A DNA stretch of 63,484 bases, filler included, from Dimorphilus gyrociliatus (taxonomy: Eukaryota > Animalia > Annelida), in the NCBI GenBank assembly GCA_904063045.1. It is 3 parts of 3 records of this genome, joined end to end, with 100 filler letters (N's around TTAATTAATTAA, not from the genome) between each part and the next. Parts side by side here need not be neighbours in the genome. Positions count along the whole stretch, not along the records: positions 1 to 26,186 come from CAJFCJ010000157.1; 2 more parts are not named here. The stretch is one strand, 5' to 3'. Below the pieces are notes generated by a model. That model had not been told where the DNA came from and did not search any database. It saw only the letters and a list, made by a program, of their open reading frames with translations. Shown one piece after another: positions 11,650 to 24,729 of this stretch. Numbering within the stretch: position 1 is the stretch's first letter; the number at the start of each line of letters is the position of its first letter. A program made the translations under genes and the position numbers.

Positions 11650-12395
11650 TCCCTCAAATAAAGCTAATCATCATGTCTGTTTTTCAAGAATGAAGAGTGT
11701 TGTTGAATTGGACCTGTATAAATACTTTAATATTATTTACAACAATGGTGAAAATGGAAATACTTCACTTGATGAATACTTACCAAAATATTTGGATGAT
11801 CGTGCTCAATATGTTTACAATTATACTGGACATCAACAATCCGATTTCATATTCGAATGCATTTGGAATGGTATTCAATGTCCCTCTCAATATATTACAA
11901 AAACAATCACTGAATTCGGTTTCTGCTTCACATTCAATTCTCCCCTTTCCATTTAACCACTCAAACCTCTAACCTCCACTGAAGCTGGAATTAACAAGGG
12001 TCTTTCTTTCTTATTCAACATTGAGCAATATCAACACATGCTTGGACCCTATAATGACGCTGGTGTCAGAATTTTCATACACAATGATTACAAAAAGCCA
12101 CTTATGTCCAATCTCGGTTTTGCAGTAGCTCCTGGAACGCATACGCTAGTTGGTATAAAATGGACAGAATCGAAAAGTCTTGAAAAACATTAATTCATTT
12201 ACAAAAATGATGTATCCATTTTTACAAAAGTTTAAAAATACTTTTGAAGCATTTGGCATTATTAAAGGAACATTTGAAAACTCATTTGCGTCAAACATCA
12301 TTGGCAAAATAATACTTGACTGCGAAGGTTTAGTACCCAATTTTATATTAGCTGAAAGTGCTCTAATATCGCCGCAAATGATATATGTTTTATTA
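11650..12395 (+). pseudogene. Inverted partial copy of DEG/ENaC exon 2, with a nonsense codon and a ~430-bp deletion
   Basis: Near-identical to the reverse complement of 18600-19120 (CAA>TAA at 11954), then jumps to the equivalent of 18170-17960 with more substitutions. Confidence 0.92.
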
Positions 12396-12589
12396 AAAGT
12401 TAGATGAATCTGAATTAACAATTAGGATGTTTAAAAAAATTGGGTTATGTAAGAGACAGGACTGTGTTAATTAAAAATATTGGTAGAGAAATTGCCTAAA
12501 AAGCTTTCTTTTATCAATAATGTTCCCCTCCTTTGGCATATCCAAGTGTTGCCACTTTAAATTTACACAGTTTTACCAGGTCTATTGTG

Positions 12590-13205
12590 AATCTACTGTT
12601 AAAAATAACTTCAGGTCTGTTATTCTTTGAAAAGATTTCATACTTTCTCTAGCAAGGCAAGAGGCAAAGCCTGAATATTTATTTTCTGGATTGATAGTTA
12701 ATCTAGCACCATAACATTTAAAAAATTATATTGAATAGGATCCCATTACTATAGTTGTGAGTGTTGAAATAAATATTACTGTTTTCCTCTTGGATGTAAT
12801 AGTCTTTGCCTTTGTAGGAAAGAGTATATATATACTTCTATCAACAGTCATTGCACAAAGTATCAATGAACTCAATTGTTGTGAAGTCTTCACTAGATAC
12901 TTGCTTATCTGACATCTAAAGTAAAAAACCAATTGGACATCTCTAAACACGCTTACTTCTATTATATAAAACATCTTGAAAAAGTACCAAGCTATCATTG
13001 TGTAAGTATCCATTATGGCTAATGTTCGTAGATAGATTGATGTTGTTGTACCGTTCATCGTTCGTTTTTTAAATATTATAAACCTTACACAATTTCCAAA
13101 TATTCCAAGTAGGAAAAGAATTGTACCAATAATTTTATAGCCAATAAACCAATTTAAAGTATCTGGCGGAAAAATAATCTTAGACGTCAAACTTGAATTA
13201 TTCAT
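12590..13205 (-). pseudogene. Rhodopsin-class peptide-receptor-like GPCR, truncated after TM4/ECL2
   Basis: LGIFGN (TM1), YLRTLAIMD (TM2), RCQI..AMTVDRSIYILFP (TM3), then stop/frameshift; the 12400-12565 repeat lies just downstream. Confidence 0.85.
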
Positions 13206-14149
13206 TTTAGGTTATTTACAGACAACGGACTAATGAACAATATCTCTGAAAAATCTTATATATTGTCTAGCTTTCAATGGCTGATAATGAGGCTAATAAA
13301 AAATTGTCTTTCATCTCTTTTTTACCAGATTCTTTACATCCTCAGAGAGGATAGTTTAGAAAACTTCAACAGTATCATAGGTGTTGAAATATTATTATTA
13401 TATTATATAAAAACTGAATTAGTAACTTAAAAGGTCACGTGATTAATGATATATGAACAAGCAAAACTATTGGAAAGTACATACACAGTATCAGCTACTG
13501 CAAAAGAAGCATTAGAAACTGCAAAAACAGCAAAAAAACTGCAGAAAGAGCAGAAAATGTTATAAAAGCATCAGTAAAAGCATCTCAGCAGGCAGCCGAA
13601 GCAGCAAATAAGATGCATGTATTAGCAAAAGCTGAGTATAAACAGTTATTGGAAAGGATGAAATAAAAATCCTATTCAAATTTTAAATTTCTTAAAACTG
13701 AAAATGGATTTTATCAATAAAAAAATTTGCTTGAACCAAAAAAAAAGTTGAATAATTTTCTAGTTACGTTTCTTCCAATTTTTTAACAGAGCATTTCTAT
13801 GTGTCATTGGGAATAATATTTGAGCATTGTAAAGGAAACTGGTAATTTGTGAATCTTTTATAGAATGGTTATCAAAAAGCTTAACCATTACACATATTTT
13901 AGAATGGAAGGTGAGGAGAAAAATCTACATTGGCAAAACAAAGTTTTCCATTTTTGGGAAAAGAAATCAGCAAAGGTTCAGCTCAAATGGCTCATATGTA
14001 CAAACAATGGGGGAACTATTATTCCTGATTATTTTATAGTAGAAATAGGTATGCATTTTGACAAAAAACATGCCATTATCAAGATGTACAGTAGATGGCG
14101 TTTATAGAAAATTTAAAAGTTCTGCTAAATATTTTCAAGTTAAAATTTG

Positions 14150-15260
14150 TATTTTGACCTTTTCAAATATTATCTTAGCGTTACTGTAAAGTTTCTAGTT
14201 TCACCTGTAAAATTAGTTAGTTAATTGGTTCATTAAAGTCTAATCACAGTTTTACTTACATTAATTATCTCTTTCAGTTTTTTTCACAATGAATAATTCT
14301 CTATTTATTATTTTCCAAATTGAATGATTTAGAAATTGTTGAACAACTGAAGAAGAAAAAGAAAATTCCCACTTTCCTTTATGAAAGTATAATGATTGAC
14401 ATTTGTTTATATTAACAATTATATTTAGCTTCCAATACTCATTTAGTTAATTCAGGTTTTAGATGAATGGCTTTAGTCAGATTATTGTTAAAATGACATC
14501 TAGTAGTATCAAAATATATAGCCAAATTGATGAACTGTGTTTCAGATTCAATAAATTTAATCATTCAGTCAGTTAAATAACAACAACTGATTGACACCTT
14601 TTTCAAATATGTTATACAAGATATCTTTTGCAAAAAACACATCAAACTTGTCCAAGCAACTGGCATGTAAGTGTAATTTCTCTAAACTTTTCTGACTAGT
14701 TAAAACATCTGCCAATTTCAAATAACTATCAATTGTCAATAGAGCGATATAAATATTGTTCAAATCTTAAGTATTTATTCTAAATAAATTCATTTGGAAT
14801 GTTGATGCAGCGAAGGTGTTGTTTGGTGTGTTGACTGAAAGACTTTCCAAATTTCTATTCATCATAACATGTTGAAATATTTGATTAAATTGTGAACATT
14901 TGAAGTCGATTTCGCATTTTAAATCTATTTCCTCATTATTCCTATAAAAAAGTTAATAGCGGTTCAGTGTACAATCCAAATGATAAATATAAACAGTTAC
15001 AAGTTTTGTTTGAATTTTTAAGAAATTGTTAAGATTTTTGGAAGATTCCTCATTGAATACAATATTCCTCAAACATATCTTTTTAACTTGTAAATTGTTC
15101 AATTTTTCTGAATTACTGACAGGAAATCCATTAAAAACTGACTTATAATCAAATTTTTCAACTATTCAATATCACTGAGACAAAAAATTTGTAATATTTC
15201 ATCAAATTTCCAAACATTTCTTCAATTTATAAATTTTATTGGTTGATTTAGAAGAAAACT
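14150..15260 (-). pseudogene. Degraded RI-type leucine-rich-repeat (NLR-like) gene remnant
   Basis: Fragments LNNLQVKKICLRNIVFNEESSKNLNNFLKIQTKLVTVYI and SQKSLEKLHLHASCLD with many stops. Confidence 0.45.
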
Positions 15261-15269
15261 TGTTGTTGT

Positions 15270-15470
15270 TTACATCGCTACTGCATGGTATGATAACACG
15301 TGACAATGTTTGTTGTGAACAATCCTTATCTGGTAATTAGACCCTTGTCATTGACGCCTAATCCATTAACAATTGATAAGAAATTGTATGAAAGCCAGGG
15401 TGTCTGTTGTAACAGGCATTCAGTCCTGGATCAACCCATTTAGCAAAAAAAGATCTAGTACTACTTTAGA
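15270..15470 (+). repeat. LTR-like dispersed repeat (copies 27700-27790 and 55870-56066)
   Basis: gtttacatc..atgataac..tgtttgttgtgaacaatccttatctgg..ttagacccttg..aacaggcattcagtcctg shared; the 56 kb copy has TATAAAAG and ends in ttaca. Confidence 0.6.
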
Positions 15471-15939
15471 ATACAGTTCTATTATTCTTACATTTTGGTT
15501 CTATATTCATCCTCCCTCAATTCTACATCTCTCTTCTAAGTGGCTTACTCCTAATTCGGTTGTATATGGACTAGTACTTAACCTACAACTTCCAGCAGGA
15601 AAGTACAATGGTTTTTATTTTGAATTGTTTGAATTTATTTGTTACTATTCGAAAATTCATTTTTGATTTCCTAATCCTGTCGTCTCACTTAAAGTTCATT
15701 CTAGAATGGACACTTGAATTTTATTCCCGCCTCTCTGCATATGTTTATTTTGTACTAAAAGTAAATGAAAATACAGACTATTTTCACAATACAAAGAATA
15801 AAGGTATAATGTGAACCTTGACCTTTCGGTGAAACTAACTAAAAACTCCTGAAAGTTTGGATAAAAGTTTGGAGTGTTTAAATAAAATATTCTTTCTTAA
15901 AAGTCTAAACATGGACATTTTCTGTCATGAACATTTGCT

Positions 15940-16290
15940 ATTTAGGTTATGGTTATGTCATTAGTTTTGATAGTTAAATTTGAAAATCATATTTAATTTT
16001 AGTAGATTAAGAATTAATCTTAAAATCTCAGAGAGTTTATTATAATATATAATGTTTTAAAATAACATTTGGCACTGGTAGGGTATATAGATAGATGTGT
16101 TGTAGATGGCAACACTTGGATATGCTAAAGCAGGGGAACATTATTGATAAAAGAAAGCTTTGTAGGCAATTTCTCTGCCAATATTTTTAATTTATGGCCA
16201 TTTTCTACCACATCCAACACAGTCCAAAACAGATTCATCTAACTTTTAATTGTAAATTTATTTTCCAAAATTTTCAAAGAAGAATACAAA
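15940..16290 (+). repeat. Copy of the 3050-3745 dispersed repeat
   Basis: Direct sequence match with internal deletions. Confidence 0.85.
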
Positions 16291-16529
16291 ATGATTTGCT
16301 GTTGGAAACCTTTTATCTTTTGTTTTTTCAACTTTAGCTCCAAGCCTCAAATATCATAGATTGTAGAAAAAAAAATCTTCCCTCTGGTCACTCTCGCCAT
16401 CTATTATCTTTCTTTACTTAATTATTTCTAAACTTTTTGAACAGCTCGTGCAAAACCTGAAAATTGAATAAACACGAAATAAATATTTAAATTTGTAAAA
16501 CAAGAAAATTCTTTTCTATTTTAGTTTTG

Positions 16530-19500
16530 TTATTTAAAAACCTTATAGGCAAAAAAATCAAGAAATTCAATAAGTGTTATGACAGAAGCTCCCAACACAA
16601 GTCCCAAAAATCCACCAACTTCTGACAGAAAAGATAGAAAAGTGAACTTCTCATGTTGAATCATCTTTTCAGAACTCATCTCTTTGTAAAATAAATCCAC
16701 TTTTGCAAAATTCTTTCTGTTTGCAGAAAAAAGAAACTATAGCAAGAGATGTTTGTTGAATTGAAATCTTACCGAAAAAATTCCCTATTAACAAAAGATT
16801 TCCTATGAAATTCATTCAAAAACGCCTCAAGGTCATTGTACTTGGACAAAAGATCACTAAGTTTCTCAATAAAGGCACTAGAATAGTTAAGTGTATTGGA
16901 TGCTATGGAAGATCCTATGCTTTTAATACACAAATTCCATTGTGTTATATCTTGTAAACTGTCCTTTGAACAAGAGTAACTAATGTTGTATTTCACTCTG
17001 GCCTCATTATATATTAAATAGAAATTTATTATATTTCTGTAAACGATTTGATTATTTTCTATATCGTGTCTGGGAAAAGGCCATTTGAAGTAATAAAAGT
17101 CATTTTGCAAGTCAACAAACAAGTTTTCAATTTCAAGAAATTTTCCAATAAATGTTTTATACTCTATTGGAGTATTTTCACAAAAGCCTATCAAACTTCT
17201 TATGTTGCTTAGTAAACTTTCCAGGAATGAACGATCCGTTAGATTCTGTTTGTTTACCCATGAATTTGGCATTAGGAATGCCTCGAATAGTTGAGTTTTA
17301 TTGAGGGCAAGTTGATGAACTTTACGAATTCTTTCAACATTTCCATTGATATTCTTAATGTAGATTAAGAAGGAATAAGAATATTTCAAAATATTTCTAA
17401 TTTCTATAATTGCTCTTGTAAAAAAGTCCTGTTTTTTATTCAATAGACAGTACGATTGAAAGTAGTCATCATTCATTATTTCCTCTATTCTCAAATATGT
17501 TTGTAGAACAATTTCAATTTTTTCACCAACATCACTATCATTTTGATAAAGAATTTCCAATCTTCCTGAATTTTCCTCAGCAATTAGACTATCGTACAGT
17601 GGAATACATTCATCCATAAATGGTAATCTGGAGTCATTGATTGGCATTTGAAAAACTCTTTCAATTTCTGTCATGTGATAATATTTCAATGTGGATATGG
17701 TTTTTAAATGAGAAAAGAATTTCTTTGCCTCTTTTATAGCTTTATCCCAGAAATTGTAGAAATTTTCCCCTTTTTCCATCAATGGGCTAAAACGAAAATG
17801 ATACATAAACTCATCGCAGACAATCAGTGTTGTATTCATTTTCCTTAGATTTTCAATACAATAATAGAGTTGTCTTCTAATGTCATTTTTCATTACTGGA
17901 ACTAACCCAAATAATTTCTCCTTAAAGTGATTTTTTACAAATGAAAAATGACTAAAAGTTTCCGAAACATATATCATTTCCGATGATCGAAGAGCTTTTT
18001 CAGCTAATATAAAATTGTCTACCATACCTTCACAGTCAAGTATTATTTTGAAAATAATGAGCGACGTAAATGAGTCTTCAACTGTTTCTTTAATAATACC
18101 AAATGCTTCAAAAGTATTTTTAAACTTTTGTAAAAATGGATACATCATTTTTGTAAATGAATTAATGTATTTTTTGTTTAAAGCAATAAGGTTTTCATCA
18201 TTCTTCTCACCAATTTCCAATATTTCCAGATATTTTCTCTTTAACTTATCCATTCTCTTTGAATTGCTTTGTATCAATTTATCAACAGTAAATCCTGATA
18301 TCGCTGAAAATGATAGATTTGGTTCGTAATTAATTTGATGGCATGGAATGCCACAAGAACAGTTGCTCTCGTCACTCTTTACCTTTTCCAAAGATCTTTT
18401 TACACAGCCATAAATTTCTGATAAGGAACACTTTCTTTTGTAGTCAGTTGTATTTTCCTGAAGAATTGCAGTAGCTACGAATGGAATACATTTACATATT
18501 GTTGCTACAGCATTTAATTGGCAATGATCTATGCATTGCGCGTGAGATTTATATTTTGAATTGATGCATTTTCCATATGGTTTTTCAAGACTTTTCGACT
18601 CTGTCCGTTTTATACCAACTAGCGTATGCATTCCAGGAGCTACTGCAAAACCGAGATTGGACATAAGTGGCTTTTTGTAATCATTGTGTATGAAAATTCT
18701 GACACCAGCGTCATTATAGGGTCCAATCATGTGTTGATATTGCTCAATGTTGAATAAGAAAGAAAGACCCTTGTCAATTCCAGCTTCAGTGGAGGTTAGA
18801 GGTTTGAGTGGTTGAATGGAAAGGGGAGAGTTAAATGTGAAGCAGAAACCGAATTCAGTGATTGTTTTTGTAATATATTGAGAGGGACATTGAATACCAT
18901 TCCAAATGCATTCGAATATGAAATCGGATTGTTGATGTCCAGTATAATTGTAAACATATTGAGCACGATCATCCAAATATTTTGGTAAGTATTCATCAAG
19001 TGAAGCATTTCCATATTTACCATTGTTGTAAATAATATTAAAGTATTTATACAGGTCCAATTCAACAGCACTCTTCATTCTTGAAAAATAGACATGTTGG
19101 TTAACTTTATCTGAGAGATTATAAATATAGTTATTGTTCAAAAAATGAATGCCTTAACCGTAACCTTAACCTTTAGATGAGACCCCTTTAGGTAAAAATC
19201 ACTTGCCATTCTTGCTAAACATTTGTCCACCAAAAAAATGTTATCTTGAAATATTTCTGTTGTGAACATTATCTGACAATCCTTTTATTTTTTTATCATA
19301 AAAAATTTAGTCAGAAAATGTAAAAGGGTTTTTGGGTTGATTGACCAGATTATTTATTAAATAACAAAAAGCGCTTTGAGGATAATTGATATTTTAATAT
19401 ATTATAAATAATTGACAAGATTTATAATTGCTAAAGTTAATTTTCTTTTCAGAAAGAAACAGAACAATAGAATAATGTGAATGTGTCAATTACCATTCTG

Positions 19501-19994
19501 AAATGGCAATACTTTCTCTTTTGTCCAGTAAAAACAGTAAAGCCTTTGAATTTTTCACTTTAGGTTCTTTTGTCATTTGATTAATCATTTAACGTTTTTT
19601 GTTAAGGAGAGGTCATTATCCAGATATGCTCATTATTTTTTAAGGGTTAGGGTTAGGGTTAGCATTATGGTTAGAGAATAGCAAAATCATTATACATAGT
19701 TATATACCTGAATTTATTTTGATTACAGACTGTAATTGATGGAAATTCCAATTTTTTTGAATAGATCACTTCAACATTGACGGTTACATCTTTCTTTGCG
19801 TAGTCTAACCCTCTTTGAACCACTTGAAAAGAGAAGAGAAACATTGCTCCAAAGACGATAAGAATCCATGTAATTCGCCTAAACAGTGAAGATTCTTCAG
19901 TAAAAATATTTTTTATACCATGAAATGTTGTTTCACTAGTGAAATTTGTCCACGTTTTAACATTTTCCACTTTTTCTTTACCAGTAGTTGTCAT
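16530..19994 (-). CDS. DEG/ENaC (ASIC-like) channel subunit, 926 aa; exons 19994-19708, 19079-16773, 16716-16530
   Basis: TTFHG motif, TM1, FPSITVCNQNKFR, GHQ..FECIWNG.QC, GFCFTFN, GLSFLFNIEQ, GVRIFIH, LEKPYGKC, Cys-rich thumb, and a manually recovered last exon KNFAKVDLFYKEM..LSEVGGFLGLVLGASVITLIEFLD (TM2 with GAS belt); splice phases are consistent. Confidence 0.95.
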
Positions 19995-20981
19995 GTTAGT
20001 CGTTTAAAGACTACTTGTGAATTTTTAGGTTGGAATAACTACTGATAAAAGGTAAAGTAGAAAAAAACAGATATTGCAGTTATGAAACAATATCCACTGT
20101 TTCCTAATGCTTGTTGGATGCACAATGACTACTATTAGTTATGCCTAAATTAATTGTGCCTTTTAATATTTAATATTCGTAACAGCAACACATTGACATT
20201 TTTTATCATTGTTTAACAGATAGATTGAAACATCTATTACATTCTATGAATGAGTTGCTTAAGTAAATATAATTAATTAATCTAAGGGAATTTTCTCTTT
20301 TCCCTCAGTTATTCAATAACCCAGTGAGGGAGAGAATAAATTGAATTGTGTTATGAATATTTATGGGACAAACCTTGCCAGTAGTAAATTTAAAGAAGGC
20401 TAAGGAAAGAAATTTTATCTGTAAAACACTAGTTTTTATCAATAGGATTTGGGTTGAACACTTTTTAGCAAAATAAATAAGATAGATTTACAGACTAGGT
20501 ACACATTTTATGTCATTTTGAATTTTTCAGCAACCACGAAGGTCATACTAGTCTTTGCTATGGCACTGTTAACCTTTACAAAATTTCTCGCATTCATAGA
20601 CATTTCAATGCATAAAGTAATCAGTAAAAGACCTTTGCAGTTCGACTAAAATATCAACAAATTTATATAAAATTCATACATTTAAATAAAACAAACTTAG
20701 TCTGGTAAAGGTAGCATAGCTGTTGTTTACCACTGGAAAAAATAACAAATGTCTTGTCAAATGCAATGGGAACATTCCTTAAAGAAAATGTGATATTTCT
20801 AAATTTCCATATAAGTGGCAGCAGATTGATTATATATTAAACAGGGTTATTGTTATGAGGATAAAAATAATATACAATACTACTGGATTTATAAAACATT
20901 AATGTCTGTATATAATGCTATTTTCTTTGTATATAACAAACAGTAATTTGTTTTTTATTTACTACTTCATTTGTCCCATTG

Positions 20982-21173
20982 GGATACGACAGAAAACGTC
21001 CCCAAATGCAGGGTTTAACCCTAACCCTAACCTAAGCCTTGTCTCTCCTTAACCTTTTTGATTACCCCTGGCCCCTAGATGGAATTCCCCGAACGACAAA
21101 TCATGGCTACTTCACTCGTCCTTAGCATTTTTCAATCCAAAAATCTCACTTGGGGACGTTTTATGTCAGCCCT
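20982..21173 (+). mobile_element. MULE-derived MITE, copy 2
   Basis: Same TIRs and TAACCC core as 7632-7838; TSD gtcccattg/atcccattg (8/9). Confidence 0.9.
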
Positions 21174-21203
21174 ATCCCATTGACATTTATTGCTTTCGAA
21201 AAT

Positions 21204-21462
21204 ATGGCAAAGGAAGGGAAAGGTAATGTGAAGACTTGGAGACATTTCATGGAATCAAAAATATTTTTGCAAAAGAATCCTCATTGTTTCGACGGATTGG
21301 ATGGATTCTTATTATGTTTGAAGCCGTCTTTCTCTTCTCTTTTCAAGTGGTTAAATGAGGATTACGCTATAGCAAGAAAGATGTAATGGATAGTGTTCCA
21401 GTCATATATTAAAAAAGTCTTCAATTTCCCTCAGTTACAGTATACAATCAAAATCAGTTTAG
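21204..21462 (+). pseudogene. Pseudogenised exon 1 of a head-to-head DEG/ENaC paralogue
   Basis: MAKEGKGNVKTW, a short deletion, then TFHGIKNIFAKESSLFRRIGWILIMF..FQVVK*GL..IY*KSLQFPSVTVYNQNQFR followed by the same donor position. Confidence 0.9.
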
Positions 21463-21494
21463 GTACACATATGTAAATACTTGTAAGGAATAAA

Positions 21495-22300
21495 ATCCTT
21501 GGAGAGTTTACATACAGCATAGGCAAAAAGTCCTCAGCCACCTTGAAAATTTTTAGTTTAGATATTAAGCTATACTGAATAACTACTTTTAATTGATAAT
21601 AATAATTATTAATAAGTATAAACTAATATCCTTTATGAAAAGTTATCAACAAATTGTTTTTCTTTTAAAAAATGCGGTTTTAGTAATTATTAAGAGTGAT
21701 TAGTTAAAAATGAGTCACCATCTATTTAATTAAATATTTTATGTTAAATCTACCTTGGGACACTCTTTAACAATTTATATACATGAATTATTATAATATT
21801 TTCTGAAAATATAGTAATAATAGTTTTAAACCTTTTTAATACTTGGTATGACCACACTCATTGAAAAGACACAGCTGTAGCCTCTTTCTAAAACTATTAA
21901 ACAATTTTTCAACATATTCAGTTGGAATATTGTCAAATTCTTGCTGTGTTACCCTCCATAGATCATCTACATTTGTGCACATATGTTTACCAACCCTTCC
22001 TTTCAGGTATGACAATACATTTTCAATAGGATTTAGGTCAGGACTCCGAGCTGGCCAGTCTAGCAAGTGCCTTATGTTCTTTTCATCTAGATACCTTAAG
22101 GTACACCTAGATGTATGGCATGGAGCACCATCCTGCATGAACACTTGGTCCCTATTGTATTTCTCTAAAAAAGATTTATCAAGAATGTCTTGATATTTTT
22201 CTGAATTTAAATTGCTTTTGTATAAATGTATACCTCTGCTGCCATCACTTTTTATAAACCCCATATATATTTAGGGAACCATTTGCCTCTTTAAACGTTT
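21495..22300 (-). mobile_element. Tc1-family transposon 3' remnant (DD34E C-terminal half)
   Basis: FMQDGAPCHT, WPARSPDLNPIEN, GHTKY; terminal tacagcataggcaaaaagt resembles a Tc1 TIR. Confidence 0.88.
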
Positions 22301-24729
22301 TTATGGCCTATTTTGCCTGATATCTATCAGCTGTATGCCTTCTGACAAACTGCCTGTGTTTTGCATATAAATCTATCCATGCCTCCTCTGAAAATTTATT
22401 AATTGTAATGTGACCTGATTAAAAAATAGCAATTTAAAAATATCACTACTTCAATATACAAAACTAATATACATTGAATATTAAGTATATTAACAAGCAA
22501 AAGCAAATAGTTTATAAGAATATACACAATCCAAAGGATCAGGCAGTTTGGGTAACATTTTCACTTAATCACCTCTTAAAGACCCTTATCTTGAATGATG
22601 TAAGTCAAAGTTCGATAGATAGTGACAGCATTGATTGAATCTTATCAGGGGTTTTTCTTAACATAGGGGTCTTCTCTACCCAATTGTATGTAAATCTGAC
22701 ACTTGGTCGTTCTGACATTCATCACCACTGAGGGAAGACTACTCTCTCTGTAGGAAATTAAATGTTTTCATCTTTTCCCAACGTTTATTGAATCATGATT
22801 TAATACTCTATAACTTTGTATAGCAATTGAGGGTGTTTGAAAGGAAAAGATGTTGCCATCAATAATGATTACACATTCAATATTATAAAAATGAAAAGAA
22901 AAGAATATTAATGAAATGAGGAAGTTTGTGGACATTTTCATAATATTTTATGCTTAACATAAAAAAGCTGAAGTGTAAATGAATTGTTTTAATTGTTAGT
23001 TTCATTGTCTGAAAACTGATTCAAAGTATTGAATAAAATTTATTAGTAATGTTAATATTACTATTTTCATAATGAAACATTTTCATTGTTAATAACCTTG
23101 TTGCTTTTATCAATTCTTGCTCAATTTTTTCACAAAATGAACAATTGTTTATTGAAATAAAGAAATTAATTTAAAAATTGATGATAATCTGTAATAGAAT
23201 TCTTATTATTTTCCATTTAAACTTGCTACAGCTTTAAGTCATTTCTATTTTCCAGTTTGAAAATTTAAAAAAAAAACATGAATTTAAATTTGAAAACTTT
23301 AAACTTGTTTATCTCATTTGCATTTGGATTTTTATTCAAATTAGGAGAAAGCAGCTCTGTTACTTTTTTAGCAGAAATTTATGATAATGGATCAAAACAA
23401 TTTTATCCAGTGTTATTTAATAAATGTGCTAAATACAATTTAACTGAATTTTGGAAGAAGAAAAAACAGTTTTATTAGAACATTTGATCATCATTTAAAT
23501 AATATTGCGCAATGTACTCAAGATCAACTACTAAAGCAAGGTTATCTTTTAATAGTGTTAAATGCTTATTACGTCATGAATTCCGTTTTTTGCAGTCACA
23601 GAGATTTTCTTCATCGTATTATTCAATATAGAAAATCCTGAATATATTCAAAATGTAACTGGTACATTACCTTTTAGACAACTGTATATAACATCATTCA
23701 ATACAAAAAATATTCTATTATGGTCGCCTATTATTGAGGAATTCTGTTCAAGTCGAAATTTATACGCGGATAGGAATTATTTCGTAATTAACGAGATAAT
23801 AAATAATAGTTACTGTTTAAAATATGATTATTATATTCAAAAACTTGAAAATTATCAATTAAAATTCTTTTGCAAGAAAACATTCCACAGTGAAAATAGT
23901 TTCAACTGTTTTATTATTAATTTCTTTACGATTTCAATCAAATATTTCAATGTTTCTTTTCGCTGTTCGAATTCAATAATTCCATTTTGTATGATTATTT
24001 GCATTGAAATCTCTTTTAAAATTTTAAGTTTTTCATCGATTTTGTTCATCTAGACAATAGCCAATTCAGATTAATTACTGACAGTGACGAAGTTATTATG
24101 AAAAACGATTCTCATCAGCAACAACAGCAGCATTATAAAAGAACTACTATCGTAAAATATTTTGAAATAAACTATTACGGAATTTGGCATAGGCTTTCAT
24201 TTTTAAAAACAAAAAGTCATACTATTCAATTAATTTGTCAACACTTTGGATATTCGTATGGAACATTTATATTGAACAAACAAAATTCAAACAGTCATAG
24301 ATCAATTGCACTTTTATGTAAACAAACTACAAGTTCTTTGAAATGGTGTAAAATAAATTTTCTTTTGTAGGTCAACTGATATTAACTGGTGCCATTTATT
24401 TTTTATCTATTTTCACATTTTTCTTCTTTTTGCAGTTGGCTATTCTTCGATAATACATTCATCGATAAGGAATTAGTTATTGAATGTTCAAACAAAACAA
24501 ATAGACGTAAAAGAAAATTAAATTGAAAACTAAAAAAAGGGGGTTGAGTTCAAGATTCATTCAAGAATAATTATCAAATTGAATAAATAAAAGAACAACA
24601 CGAAAATTTGACTAGAATTTTGATCCAACCCCATTTTCCTTTATAAAAACAATATAGAAAGAAGGGCACAATAACAATTTCAAAAAAAATTGTTAACTAG
24701 ATTGCCTGGATAAAAATTCAATAATAATC

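Noticed and set aside
13440-14110. Gene at ORF 13865-14107 and the Ala/Lys-rich segment near 13500
   Set aside because: No motif and no splice model could be built
19645-19662. True telomere or chromosome end (TTAGGG x3; also about 26485)
   Set aside because: Only 2-3 units, internal or intronic, and matching the MITE core motif
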